Source of the DNA: an uncultured Methanosarcinaceae archaeon
GTDB lineage: Archaea > Halobacteriota > Methanosarcinia > Methanosarcinales > Methanosarcinaceae
Length of the DNA stretch: 26,698 nt
Assembly (NCBI GenBank): GCA_963833425.1
Contig: CAWHXP010000021.1
Location: forward strand, 1-26,698
Reading direction: 5' to 3'
Below are positions 10,546 to 21,153 of the stretch, piece after piece. Numbering within the stretch: the first letter of the stretch is position 1; every line of letters begins with the position of its first letter. The notes under the pieces were generated by a model, which was given only the letters and a program-made list of their open reading frames with translations, searched no databases and was not told where the DNA came from. Both the position numbers and the translations under genes were made by a program.

Positions 10546-11571
10546 ATATTGGCATTTCTTTTTATTCGAAATATACTTAGATTTTCCCAATTATATTTTG
10601 AGTCGACTCACAGTTGATCCTCTGTAACGACTCTACGTTTATTGGAAGCAATAAGATTACGATATAACTAGCATATATACCTAATCCTGTAGATAGGTGG
10701 CTCCGAATTGCTTCATTTTAGAATGATGATTCTTATTTGTTTACAATTTTTCTTCAATATTTCACAAGAAAAAAGATTCATCCATAAATCTTAGTTCCAT
10801 TTTTTTTGAAATTGCTTCTCGAAAATTCAAAGTTTTAGAGCTCTGAAGTAAAAAATATGCATAGCATCCACAAAACTATTTTATAATTTTTTTGTTATTA
10901 TATTTTTGAGCGTATATCTCTATTAATCGAGAACGAATCACTAGATTTCTTTCTAGATTAAATTTTATCATGTAATTCAGGAGTGATTTTGAATATTGTA
11001 TATAACTCAATTTCATTTGGTACCAGTCTAATAATGTCTCATTGATTAATTTAAAAGACGTCGGCACCTTAACATTATTTTTACTCTATATAATATTTAG
11101 ATATTCACCCTTTCTAAAAAATTTTCTATTCAAGTTATCATTTCCATTTTTAATTCTATTGTTTCAATTTTTTTCAAAGAAGTATTTCATGAGGTTCAAA
11201 TGTTGTTTGCTTAGTCCATTCATGTCAATGACATCAAATGTTAGCATAAAGCCATAATATCAACGATGTTATAAAATTCAGATGCTGGAGGCGTAAATTG
11301 GCTGTGTTTATACCAGAAGCTGAGTCTTTTTCCGCTATCTTAATCAACGACTTTAGTGCCTTCAGTAATTTTTTTGACTTTCGTTCTGATTTGTAGAAAT
11401 GATTCCGAAACTTATTAGATTTGTAAATACTGAATTTGTCTGAAAGATTTTATAGTATAAGATTTATCAAACATACTGCTTTTTCCTTCTGTCTTACATA
11501 AATATTATAAAGTGAGATCCACTTAAATAGAATAACAAATCTACTAAAAAAGAAAATTCAAATAGATTGCC

Positions 11572-12639
11572 ATGAACAGGTACAAAAAATGGCTTATTGG
11601 AGCGCTGTTTATCAGTGTAGCATCAATTGCGCTGGTTCTCGGTTTAACTTTTGACTCAGAAACTATTGAAACTCTGAGAAAGATCAAATTGGAATACATT
11701 CTGGCATCTGCTATTTTTCATATTTTTTCATATTTTATCTGGGGAGCACGGACACGAGCTTTATGCAAATCCTTAGGTTACGAGGTAAAGTATCTAAAAA
11801 TAGTTGAGATAATTCTTTCAGGGGTCTTTGTAGCTGGAATTACCCCCTCTTCTGTAGGTGGAGAGCCACTCAGGATCCATATGTTATACCTGAACAAAAT
11901 TCCTTTTGGCCGTGCTACATGCATAATTATAGGAGAACGCCTGCTTGATGCCTTTTTAATTTTTGCGTCTCTACCTTTTGCACTTTATATAATGGGAGAT
12001 ATTCTCTCTAATTATAAGCTCGATGTGGCATTATTAACAGCCAGTTGCCTGGCCTTCTTTGCCCTTATTTTATTTATTTATGGTCTGTGTAAGCCTGAAA
12101 AAATAAAAAACATAATATTCCAGGTCATTAGAAAATTTGCTACTATTTTAGGAAAATGGGCAGATGATGAAATTGCTCATTTCATAGAGCAGGTTGATCG
12201 GGAAATGGATATTTTCCATGAAAGTGTCAGGATCCTTATTTCGGAAGGAAAAAAAGGTCTTTTATGGGGCATGTTTTTTACCATCCTATTTTGGACAGTT
12301 GAGTTTTTTCAGCTCGTACTGATTCTCATGGGTCTTTCAAAAATACCTTCTATATTAACTGCCTTTGCAGCTCAGGTACTCCTGGTCGTTGTCATGATCG
12401 TGCCCTCAACTCCCGGAGCAAGTGGAATTGCTGAATTAGGAGCAGCTACCATCTTTTCTGTTTTTGTAGATGCATCCATACTTGGAGTTACAGTGATCTC
12501 ATGGAGAGCCTTAACATACTACATGAATCTTTTAATAGGAGGCTTCATAAGTTTGAAGGTGGTTAAAGATATGGATTTGATTAATAAGTTGATAGAGAAA
12601 TCTACAGAACTTCAGCGATCACCTGAAAAGGATATTTGA
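11572..12639 (+). CDS. Flippase-like domain protein (lysylphosphatidylglycerol synthase TM / UPF0104 family)
   Basis: ITPSSVGGEP, ERLLD, PSTPGASGIAE and WRALTYY motifs in a multi-TM protein. Confidence 0.88.
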   Translation: MNRYKKWLIGALFISVASIALVLGLTFDSETIETLRKIKLEYILASAIFHIFSYFIWGARTRALCKSLGYEVKYLKIVEIILSGVFVAGITPSSVGGEPLRIHMLYLNKIPFGRATCIIIGERLLDAFLIFASLPFALYIMGDILSNYKLDVALLTASCLAFFALILFIYGLCKPEKIKNIIFQVIRKFATILGKWADDEIAHFIEQVDREMDIFHESVRILISEGKKGLLWGMFFTILFWTVEFFQLVLILMGLSKIPSILTAFAAQVLLVVVMIVPSTPGASGIAELGAATIFSVFVDASILGVTVISWRALTYYMNLLIGGFISLKVVKDMDLINKLIEKSTELQRSPEKDI

Positions 12640-13318
12640 GATCAAAAAATGATTTCTGCGAGATCTAGGTCAGTATATTTTGTAGAATTTCCTCCTAAAC
12701 TCTTTCTGTTATTGCCTCCATATAAATAATTTACAAATTTTTGAAAAATTTTGCATTTTCGTTTTAATACTAATTGGACTGATCCATAATATTTATGGAG
12801 TATCGTTGATATAATGGCGTTATTTGATGAAGCAAATTGTAGCTGCCAAAATGAGGATATTTTATTCCACTCTGCAACGTCTTATTTTAATTATTTTAAA
12901 CTGCAACTAATGATTTAAGGTCAAAAATACCACAAAAAAATTTATTTAGCTGATACTATTTTTAATTATATAAAATCCAATTGCCTTGGAAGCATTAGTT
13001 TTTAGTGTGGATGATCAAAGTTTCGGTGGCGTGCCGCTATGCAAATTGGATTTGTTCTCGATATTGCTCTGGATATAAAGAAAATGATCTAAATTAAATA
13101 TTTTCATTTGCTGGTATATTCTTTTTTCATGGGTTTCTGACTTTCGATATAGTTTTTAATTAAATAGAAAGTTGTACCATCTCTCACATTTCCAGCGTAA
13201 CCTCCATCGCTCCAGAGCACGCACTACAACAATTTTTTTCAAGCTCAGAATATCCTTCAAAGATTTTTCTTGCTATTGATACTTTTTATTATCTACATCA
13301 CTCTCGAAGAAGTATATT

Positions 13319-13355
13319 TTGGTTCAGAACCAACTACCATAAATACCTATATTGT
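13319..13355 (+). repeat. Left boundary site: palindromic core TTGGTTCAGAACCAAC plus 18-bp arm CATAAATACCTATATTGT
   Basis: Core 13319-13334 is identical to 26682-26697. Arm 13338-13355 is the exact reverse complement of 26664-26681. Confidence 0.85.
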
Positions 13356-14134
13356 CTACAGCTTTCTTTAATTATTACTTGAAAATTAAATAATATTTCT
13401 TTATCAAGATAATAATCCTCTATTTATTCTGTACTTCGCAGGGCATCAAATAGAATATACCCATTCAATATATCTACTAGTTATGAATCTCTGCTTGACC
13501 ATATGTAACTGGTTAAGTTTGGTTGCAGTTTCTATAGTAAAACTATAGGATAGATTTCATTTTAATCTCCGGGTGAGCGAAAACTAACGAAATCTTCACT
13601 TTTCCCTAATATAAGCTATGGTTGATTAAAGTTTCACCACCCTTCAACTAGTCCATGCATTTGAAAGAGATTCAGCTTGCTTCAAAAGTGAATATGCATA
13701 TAGATTAGATTCTATCCGAAAAGTCATTAATGGCATGTTGTAAAGTATACAGGTAGGGAGCGGGAAATACACATAAACTTTATGACCTCATTAGAAGCCC
13801 ATGGTGAAGTTTAAATCATCACGCCAATATTTATTCATCAACTAGTTAAAAATTATGCTTTAGACTAATTATAAGAATCTATGTTTATATTTCACAGCTA
13901 TACCTTAAAGTATTTTCAAGCTATCAAAGATGAGTTTTTTACTATGTCCTTTTTTATCCATAAAAATATCATTTATCGTTATTATACTGATGTGGATGTT
14001 TTTGCATAAAAGTTCGTATGTTGAGATGGGAAAGTCTAATGGCTTGATACGGTTCCCACTGGCCCAGTCATTATATTATATACCGTATTTAAAAGTCTTT
14101 AAATTGAGAGAGCCTAAAGAGCCAAAAAAGCATT

Positions 14135-14172
14135 TTTAAATATAATGTGAGTATACTTGCATATACTCATAT
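14135..14172 (+). promoter_or_regulatory. arsR promoter (TATA box) with ArsR operator palindrome
   Basis: TTTAAATA at 14135-14142 followed by TGAGTATA-cttgca-TATACTCA (14148-14169), then GGTGA RBS and GTG at 14189. Confidence 0.7.
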
Positions 14173-14188
14173 ACTTTCGGTGATATCT

Positions 14189-14527
14189 GTGGATATTGTC
14201 TATATATTTAAGGCGTTGGCTGATGAAAACAGAATACGAATTCTGAATCTTTTAAGAAGCGGCGAACTGTGTGGCTGTGATATTGAATCAGTCCTGGGCG
14301 TCAAACAGTCCAATGCTTCCAGACACTTAAACAGGCTGAAAATAGCAGAAATCATTGTCTCTACAAAAAAGTCACAGTGGGTCTATTATCGACTCAATAG
14401 TTCAATTTTTCAAAAATTTCCCTTCCTTTCAATCATCATCAGCGACGAAATAGGAAAAATCAGCGTATGTAAAGAAGATTTAGAAATACTGAAGAAGATC
14501 AAAGCAAGTTGTAGATCTTGCGATTGA
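14189..14527 (+). CDS. arsR: ArsR/SmtB family arsenite-responsive repressor
   Basis: FKALADENRIRIL, ELCGCDI (variant of the ELCVCDL As-binding box), SRHL and QWVYYRL. Start moved from 14147 to in-frame GTG 14189 because of the RBS and because 14147 lies in the operator. Confidence 0.9.
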   Translation: MDIVYIFKALADENRIRILNLLRSGELCGCDIESVLGVKQSNASRHLNRLKIAEIIVSTKKSQWVYYRLNSSIFQKFPFLSIIISDEIGKISVCKEDLEILKKIKASCRSCD

Positions 14528-14560
14528 TGATATGTAGTCAGTTATAATCACAAATAGAAG

Positions 14561-15649
14561 GTGCTTTTTTTGGAAGACTCTGTTTTATCAAAATTATCTT
14601 TTCTAAATCGTTATTTGACTCTATGGATTTTTCTAGCTATGTTTATTGGTGTAGGCTTAGGCTTTGTTTATCCAGGATTTGCAGACTTTTTAAAGAGTCT
14701 ATCTATTGGTACTACATCGATTCCTATTGCCATTGGTTTGATAGTTATGATGTATCCTCCCCTAGCAAGGGTCAAATATGAGGAATTAGGCAAGGTATTC
14801 AAGAATCACAAGGTACTAGGTTTATCCTTACTAGAAAATTGGATCATTGGTCCTATCTTGATGTTTACATTGGCAATTATATTTCTTCGAGCTTATCCGG
14901 AGTATATGGTAGGTGTTATTCTAATTGGATTGGCCAGGTGCATCGCAATGGTAATCGTTTGGAATACCCTAGCAGATGGAGATAACGAGTATGCTGCAGC
15001 CTTAGTTGCCTTCAATTCCATCTTTCAGTTAATCTTCTATTCCATTTTTGTTTATATTTTTATAACCATACTGCCAGAATGGCTGGGATTAAGTGGCATG
15101 GAAATAAATGTCTCTATTGGAGAGGTAGCCCAAAGTGTTGCAATATACCTGGGAATTCCCTTTGCTGCTGGCTTTTTAACCCGTTACTTCTTGCGTCCTT
15201 CAAAAGGAGCAAAATGGTATGATAGCAAATTCATTCCTAAAGCAGGTCCGATTTCGCTTTATTCTCTACTATTCACGATCATTGTAATGTTCTCTTTAAA
15301 AGGTGAATATATTGTTACGTTGCCTTTAGATGTCGTGCGGATTGCTGTTCCACTCTTAATATATTTTGTAGTTATGTTTAGTATCTCATTTTTTGTTTCT
15401 AAAAAAATGGGTATTAACTATGCACAAACAACATCTCTTGCTTTTACTGCGGCAAGTAACAACTTCGAGCTGGCGATTGCAGTAGCAATCGCAGTCTTTG
15501 GCATTAATTCAGGGCAGGCATTTGCAGCGGTAGTAGGTCCTTTGATTGAAGTCCCAGTTATGATAGGACTTGTGAATGTGGCACTCTACTGGAGAAAGAA
15601 ATATTTTACGAAAGGTTACAAGGTTATGAAAGGTTACAAAGCTACCTAA
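14561..15649 (+). CDS. acr3: ACR3 family arsenite efflux transporter
   Basis: [27 protein letters not shown] (catalytic Cys), [12 protein letters not shown] and GPLIEVPV. Confidence 0.96.
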   Translation: MLFLEDSVLSKLSFLNRYLTLWIFLAMFIGVGLGFVYPGFADFLKSLSIGTTSIPIAIGLIVMMYPPLARVKYEELGKVFKNHKVLGLSLLENWIIGPILMFTLAIIFLRAYPEYMVGVILIGLARCIAMVIVWNTLADGDNEYAAALVAFNSIFQLIFYSIFVYIFITILPEWLGLSGMEINVSIGEVAQSVAIYLGIPFAAGFLTRYFLRPSKGAKWYDSKFIPKAGPISLYSLLFTIIVMFSLKGEYIVTLPLDVVRIAVPLLIYFVVMFSISFFVSKKMGINYAQTTSLAFTAASNNFELAIAVAIAVFGINSGQAFAAVVGPLIEVPVMIGLVNVALYWRKKYFTKGYKVMKGYKAT

Positions 15650-15720
15650 AGAAAAGTAAAAAATAAGTACTTCTGGCATTATGAAATCTATCAAAAAGAA
15701 CCAGAAATAACGTACTGGCG

Positions 15721-16203
15721 TCATTTCCCAAATGTCCGAGAGATCCAGTCTTTTAGCTCGTCTCTGACCCGCCGGAAAATCTTGAGTTTCTCTTCCTCCG
15801 ATCCTACTGCTGCGGCAGGGTCCTCAAAACTTTTGTGAATTACTTCTCTTGCTCTGGGAAACTGGGTCGGAAGCTCAAAATTCGTGCTGCAGATAGGACA
15901 GGCCACTTTAGCCCGATCACAGACCGTGATCGCCATATCAAATATGATATCCTGAAATTCTTGAGGAGTTTTTGAATGCTGACTGGAGATATCGATACCT
16001 ATTTCCTTCATGACTGCAATAGCATGAGGATTAACAGATGTGGTCTCGACTCCAGCACTGTAAGCCTCGTATCTATCTCCATAAATAGCTCTTAAAAGAC
16101 CTTCAGCCATCTGGGACCTCGCTGAATTATGCATGCACAGAAAGAGAATCTTCTTCTTCACCTGTGATCCTATACTTGTAACCATATAGCTATTATTGGG
16201 CAT
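15721..16203 (-). CDS. arsC: Arsenate reductase, LMW-PTP fold (thioredoxin-type)
   Basis: CMHNSARSQMAEG (CX5R), ITVCDRAKVACP resolving cysteines, FEDPA and FRRVRDE. Adjacent and convergent to acr3. True start may be slightly downstream. Confidence 0.88.
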   Translation of the reverse strand: MPNNSYMVTSIGSQVKKKILFLCMHNSARSQMAEGLLRAIYGDRYEAYSAGVETTSVNPHAIAVMKEIGIDISSQHSKTPQEFQDIIFDMAITVCDRAKVACPICSTNFELPTQFPRAREVIHKSFEDPAAAVGSEEEKLKIFRRVRDELKDWISRTFGK

Positions 16204-16382
16204 AAATTAGATCAACATTGCGATCGTCCCTGCATCTGGATTTTGAGAAGTTCAGCAAGCCAGAAGATTTTCGTTCTTTTTAGTTTTGTCATCTTCCAGT
16301 TGCATCCTCACTTCTTTTCTTCGATTCCTTATTCTATACTTTGCAAGCAGCAGAATTTCTCCACTCCTCCAGCGAAAATTTT

Positions 16383-17813
16383 TCAGTCCTCAAGCCCCCG
16401 AAGTTTCATGACGTAATGGTAGTTCTTCGGTGGCATCCTGGAATAAAAGGCTTGGGTTACAACTTCACTCAGAGAAGGATGAATATCCATAATGCGCATT
16501 ATTGGTTCCATGCTTCTTGATTCAGTATACATGAGAGGAATTATCTGGTGGAGCAGAACTGAGGCATGAGGCCCTATAATATGAGCACCGAGAATTTGTT
16601 TACTCTCTACATTCAGAATTACCTTTACAAAGTAGTCCTTAATTTCCAAAGCTATCCCCTTTGCAGTGTCTTCAAAGAATTTGAGGCCTATGCTCACCCT
16701 ATCCACTCCATACTTTTCCACAGCTTCTTTCTCTCCCATACCTACCCCGGCAATTTCAGGATAAGAAAATACTGCATGTGGTACAGCATGGTAGTCTGTC
16801 TTCACTTTTTCTTTCAGGATGGCATTCAGGTAAACTATTCTGGATTCATAGCTTCCAACGTGCTTGAGTTGATAGTTTCCGGTTGCATCGCCAAAAGCCC
16901 AGACATTTGGCTGAGATGTCTCAAGATACTCATTCACCAAAATCCAGCCCTGTATATCTGTTTTGATTTCGCCCCTTTCCAGATGAAGAATATCAGTATT
17001 CTGAGCCCTTCCAGTTGCTACTAGGATCTCATCTACAGTAATCTTTACTTCGTCTCCTGAATTTTTTTCCTTTGCAATTACGGTCTTTTGCCTATTATCT
17101 TCCTTTCTAACTTCTATGGCCTCATAGTTTGTAAGGATCTTCATATATTCTGACATTTTCATCCTAGCAAGTTTGGAGATTTCTGGTTCTTCTTGCGGGA
17201 GAAACAGGGGATTTCTTCCAATTACAGTGACTTCTGCTCCCATAGCCGAGAAAAAATGCCCATATTCGGCTGCAATATAACTTCCTCCGAGAATTGCTAG
17301 ACTTCGGGGACATTCATTAAGTTGGAGTACAGTATCGCTTGTAAGATAACCAGCTGCTTCAAGCCCTTTAATAGGCGGGATGGCAGGCTTTGAACCAGTG
17401 CATAGGAAAATCATTTTTGAGTAAAGCTTTTTGTCGCCTACTTTTAAGGTATAAGGAGAAGTAAACTCTGCACTTTCATGGTAGTAGTCAATATTCGGGT
17501 TTCCGGTTACCCCCTCCAGAACCGCTTCTATATTTTCTCTTGTAATCCTTCTCATCCTTTCTATTATTGCAATGAAATCAATATCCCTTATTTCAGCCTT
17601 TATTCCAAAAAGAGATGCAGTTCCAAGTTCCCTGATAAGTTCCGCAGGATAAAGCAAAATTTTTGAAGGAATGCACCCCTTAGTAAGACAGATTCCACCG
17701 GGTTCATCTTTATCGATAACAGCAATTTTTATTTCTGGATTCGAATCTATAATGGGGTTTATATAGTTCATTGCAGAACCAGTACCTATTACCATCAGGT
17801 CGTAATTTTCCAT
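16383..17813 (-). CDS. Class I pyridine nucleotide-disulfide oxidoreductase (dihydrolipoamide dehydrogenase / mycothione reductase-like)
   Basis: GGICLTKGCIPSK redox disulfide, GGSYIAAE, ATGR..N, FGDA and C-terminal HPSLSE. No C-terminal Cys pair. Confidence 0.88.
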   Translation of the reverse strand: MENYDLMVIGTGSAMNYINPIIDSNPEIKIAVIDKDEPGGICLTKGCIPSKILLYPAELIRELGTASLFGIKAEIRDIDFIAIIERMRRITRENIEAVLEGVTGNPNIDYYHESAEFTSPYTLKVGDKKLYSKMIFLCTGSKPAIPPIKGLEAAGYLTSDTVLQLNECPRSLAILGGSYIAAEYGHFFSAMGAEVTVIGRNPLFLPQEEPEISKLARMKMSEYMKILTNYEAIEVRKEDNRQKTVIAKEKNSGDEVKITVDEILVATGRAQNTDILHLERGEIKTDIQGWILVNEYLETSQPNVWAFGDATGNYQLKHVGSYESRIVYLNAILKEKVKTDYHAVPHAVFSYPEIAGVGMGEKEAVEKYGVDRVSIGLKFFEDTAKGIALEIKDYFVKVILNVESKQILGAHIIGPHASVLLHQIIPLMYTESRSMEPIMRIMDIHPSLSEVVTQAFYSRMPPKNYHYVMKLRGLED

Positions 17814-18495
17814 TCGTTACTCTCCACGATATAAAATCGCTTTATTGTCCCGGGAATTATATTGGAACAATTTCTCATTTGCATTTAAAGCTAAGGTTAT
17901 TCATAATATAACTATGTGAGTTTATAAATTTTAAAGCACGATCTAATTTGAAAAAATGTTATCATTCTTGACCCTTAAGATTCCGCGCTCTTTGATCCCA
18001 CAGGGTTATTCTAGAGAGATGAAATCTCCGTCCTTGACCATGAAAACTGAGTGGAACTGGGGCATTATGAACATCAATGAAGTATCAAAAATAGATCTTA
18101 TAAATTGTGGGTAAGGTACACTATACATCAAAGAGTTCCTTGACAATTTTTACTCTCAGATACATAAATACACTCAAACATTTTATTAAGGGGTCTATGC
18201 TAAAGTGCATTTATGAATCAGGATATATTAACTGAACATGACATAAATATATATTTTTTGCATATAGCATATATAGTTATATTTTAACTAATTAGTGTAA
18301 ACTTGTGTGATCCTAATTCCCACTTTAAATTTTACCGGATAAAAAAATAAATGCAGACGACAGTATTAGCAGCAGAATTCATAATTGTCAATTTAAAGGT
18401 AGTAAGGAAATTTTGGAAAATCTACAATATCAAAGTAACTCGAGGAACGGCAGTTACTTCAAAGCCATGCGTTTTAACTCGTTTTTGCTATTTGA

Positions 18496-19410
18496 TCATC
18501 GGGAGTGTTGTAAAGACGGCTCAATATGTACAATTACATCAGAAATATCCTTATATTTGTCCCTCAGCTTTTTGCTGACCCTGTGAGAGATAATATGGGC
18601 ATCTCTAAGAGACATCTCAGATTGAACAAGTAGATGCATATCGACCCTGATATCTCCCATACTCCCACGTGTCCTGATTTTATGACAATCATTTACTCCC
18701 TCCATTCTGATAATTAATTCCCTTATTTCCTTCTCTTCAATCCTGGACATATCTAGAAGGGATCTAGAGCCCTCTTTTATAATTTTGTACCCGGCCCTGA
18801 AAATTATAAAAGAGATAATTAAAGAAACTATAGGGTCAATGATAGGAAAACCTAACTCTATGGCAGCAAGGCTTACTATGACCGATAGAGAGGTATAAAG
18901 ATCACTTTTCATATGTATAGAATCTGCTATAAGCACCTGATTTCTGAGAGATTGACCCTGTCTATACTCATATCTTGTAACCAGATAATTAATACACATT
19001 GTCCCAAGCACTATGAGGAAACTCACAGCAGTAACCTCGGGCTTGTTTAATATAAGGAAATGGTCTAGAGCGTTTCGGAAAATTTCAACGCCTACAAAAA
19101 TTAACAGTAATGCAATAAAAACAGAGGCTATTGTTTCATATTTTCGGTGTCCATAAGGATGATCTCTGTCCGGTGGGTGGGATGCAATAACACTTCCAGC
19201 TAATCCTATAATGTTGGAGATCCCATCAAAAAAAGAATGATAGCCATCTGCAATCATGCTTAAAGCGCCGGTTTGAGTCCCATAAATAACTTTTGCAAAT
19301 GCTACTACGAGATTTAGAATTAGTGCATAGATAAAAGCTCGCTGGATTTTTCTAAACTTTTCTAACAAATCTGATACCTTGCAATGGAATTTTACGGAAC
19401 CTGAATACAA
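18496..19410 (-). CDS. Cation diffusion facilitator (FieF-like) transporter
   Basis: ADGYHSFFD, HPYGHRKYE, ADSIHMKSD and C-terminal AH.ISH...VIVHIEP. Start uncertain, possibly ~40 bp downstream. Confidence 0.93.
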   Translation of the reverse strand: MYSGSVKFHCKVSDLLEKFRKIQRAFIYALILNLVVAFAKVIYGTQTGALSMIADGYHSFFDGISNIIGLAGSVIASHPPDRDHPYGHRKYETIASVFIALLLIFVGVEIFRNALDHFLILNKPEVTAVSFLIVLGTMCINYLVTRYEYRQGQSLRNQVLIADSIHMKSDLYTSLSVIVSLAAIELGFPIIDPIVSLIISFIIFRAGYKIIKEGSRSLLDMSRIEEKEIRELIIRMEGVNDCHKIRTRGSMGDIRVDMHLLVQSEMSLRDAHIISHRVSKKLRDKYKDISDVIVHIEPSLQHSR

Positions 19411-19595
19411 AGTAGTTAAAAAAAGCTTAACGCAGATAAACTAGTAGTAATGAATTATCAACAATATATTAATTTATCCTTTTGTTATTCATAGGATTCA
19501 TGCAAGTTTGTCTTTTCGTAGGTTCTACAGGGCAGCAATAACTCATAAATAAAAGAACTTAAGCTTCCTAAATAAGGATTCTCGTATGAAGAATC

Positions 19596-20045
19596 TTAAC
19601 TAGTTAAAGACCTATTACCTTCTCCAACCTTCTCAAACTTCTCTAGAATCTGTTTTCTAAGTATATCTGCTTCCTTGACTGTTATCTCAACATTTTCGTT
19701 TATATTTTCTGAAACAACATTCATTTTACGATATACCCGCCTGCCAAAATCGTCTGAGAACCGCCTCTCCAAAATCCACATGCAAACTTGACAATTTCCT
19801 GCATCAACTGCTTCATTTAGTCTCTCAAGACATTTTTTAGCCGCTTCCGCATTACATTTTTGGATATATTTGAAAAACTGATAACACTTCCCAGATTTCT
19901 CTGTCTGCCCCCTTTTAAGCCAGGAATTGAAACTTTGGTAGGTTACGCCAGCTGCAGAAGCAGCAAGGTTATAAGTCAACCCGAGCGATACATTTTCACC
20001 GATTTTCTGTTGTATTTCAGGCGTGAGTTTCGAAGGACGTGGCAT
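19596..20045 (-). CDS. Terminase small subunit-like HTH protein
   Basis: MPRPSKLTPEIQQKI...AASAAGVTYQSFNSWLKRG HTH, a helical oligomerisation-like segment, and WILERRFSDDFGRR, a pattern I associate with phage TerS-like proteins. ATG 20045 has a GGTG RBS (ORF track starts at 20123). Confidence 0.6.
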   Translation of the reverse strand: MPRPSKLTPEIQQKIGENVSLGLTYNLAASAAGVTYQSFNSWLKRGQTEKSGKCYQFFKYIQKCNAEAAKKCLERLNEAVDAGNCQVCMWILERRFSDDFGRRVYRKMNVVSENINENVEITVKEADILRKQILEKFEKVGEGNRSLTS

Positions 20046-20702
20046 GATAACACCGTTTTTTATTTTCTTAGAGTTAATATTAGTGAATCTTGTATTAAAT
20101 GTTTCTTTAGTTCCCTTAGGCATGGAGCGGATTATGGGCTATACTCAGGCGTTTTTAAACGTTTTTTGACTCTGCGAATGAGTATTATAGTTTTCAGTAA
20201 AAGTCTCTCTGTTGAGCTAAGATTAAGTCGTTTTTAGCAAAACTAAATCCCCATGTTTTTTCTACCATAGCACGGTAAGTACCTTCGAGATATTTTGCAT
20301 ATACTTTTATTACTTTTAAATAATATAAAATATGTAATGAGCTATAATTACTTAGATTTTGAAATAGGACTTCACATAAATTTCATATTCTTTAGTTTTA
20401 GGTCGTGAAATAAGAATACACTCAAAAAAGTCAAACTGCTTAATAGACACAGGTTTGTGATAAGTATCGAGCAAAAACGACCGATTGTGGGGCGATGTAA
20501 GGCATTTTCTTGAGTAGAGTAGGGTTATTTCTCAACAGATGAAGTATAAGTCTGTTGTAGGGGCCGAGATTCAGTTATTTACTTAATGGCCTGGAGAGAG
20601 TTACCTATTGTGCTATCAATGCTATAGGGATCCCAAGAAAACGAAACCAAAAATTTAGTTTGAAGGCTCAATATTGATCTGATCTTTCTCCAACTTCATC
20701 AC

Positions 20703-21023
20703 TCATTCTCTTTCAGAATCTTCCCATATCACCGTAACTCTAGGACTTTTACCACGCTCACGAATTGATGTTGTTATCATTCCCAAATCTACCAATTCTT
20801 GTAGGGCCCTTGTGAAAGATCTTTTATTAACACCAAAAATATCCTTTGCTGTAGAACTGGAAATAACAAGATCTGTTTTTGTTTGCTTTAAACCTTTAAC
20901 ATACCAGATATACAAAGCTAATTTAGTAGCATTTATATTACCTTGTAGCAGCAAAACGTTCTGAATCCAAGAAAGTGGAGTATTGGGTACAAAATGATAT
21001 TTGAGTTTTTTCTTAATTACCAT
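20703..21023 (-). CDS. Small winged-helix DNA-binding protein (replication-initiator-like)
   Basis: ATKLALYIW...SSTAKDIFGVNKRSFTRALQELVDLGMI...RGKSPRVTV is a wHTH pattern. AGGT RBS. Follows polA in the same orientation. Confidence 0.7.
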   Translation of the reverse strand: MVIKKKLKYHFVPNTPLSWIQNVLLLQGNINATKLALYIWYVKGLKQTKTDLVISSSTAKDIFGVNKRSFTRALQELVDLGMITTSIRERGKSPRVTVIWEDSERE

Positions 21024-21080
21024 ATTATCTACCTATATAATATTAAATAATAGAAAGATCTAAAAATAATTAATAGGACG

Positions 21081-21144
21081 GAGTAGAATCCATGTCTATT
21101 TAAATAGTCACAGATTCCGATGTAAATAGTCATAAATTCCTATG
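21081..21144. repeat. 22-bp iteron-like repeats (two tandem direct, one inverted)
   Basis: TAAATAGTCACAGATTCCGATG (21101-21122) and TAAATAGTCATAAATTCCTATG (21123-21144) match 19/22. A degenerate inverted copy lies at 21081-21102. Confidence 0.75.
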
Positions 21145-21153
21145 TTGTGTTTA

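Noticed and set aside
10876..14139. Short ORFs 10876-11067, 11042-11257 and 13930-14139
   Set aside because: AT-rich intergenic composition with no recognisable motifs.
15610..15646. 18-bp imperfect tandem duplication at the acr3 3' end ([12 protein letters not shown])
   Set aside because: Two units only in a variable tail, most likely slippage.
16254..16306. Mini-ORF MQLEDDKTKKNENLLAC-TGA upstream of arsC as a selenocysteine readthrough
   Set aside because: Methanosarcina is not known to use Sec, and the frame stops again after 14 codons without joining arsC.
16383..17813. Mercuric reductase MerA
   Set aside because: No C-terminal Cys-Cys pair or NmerA domain, and it keeps the HPxxxE motif.
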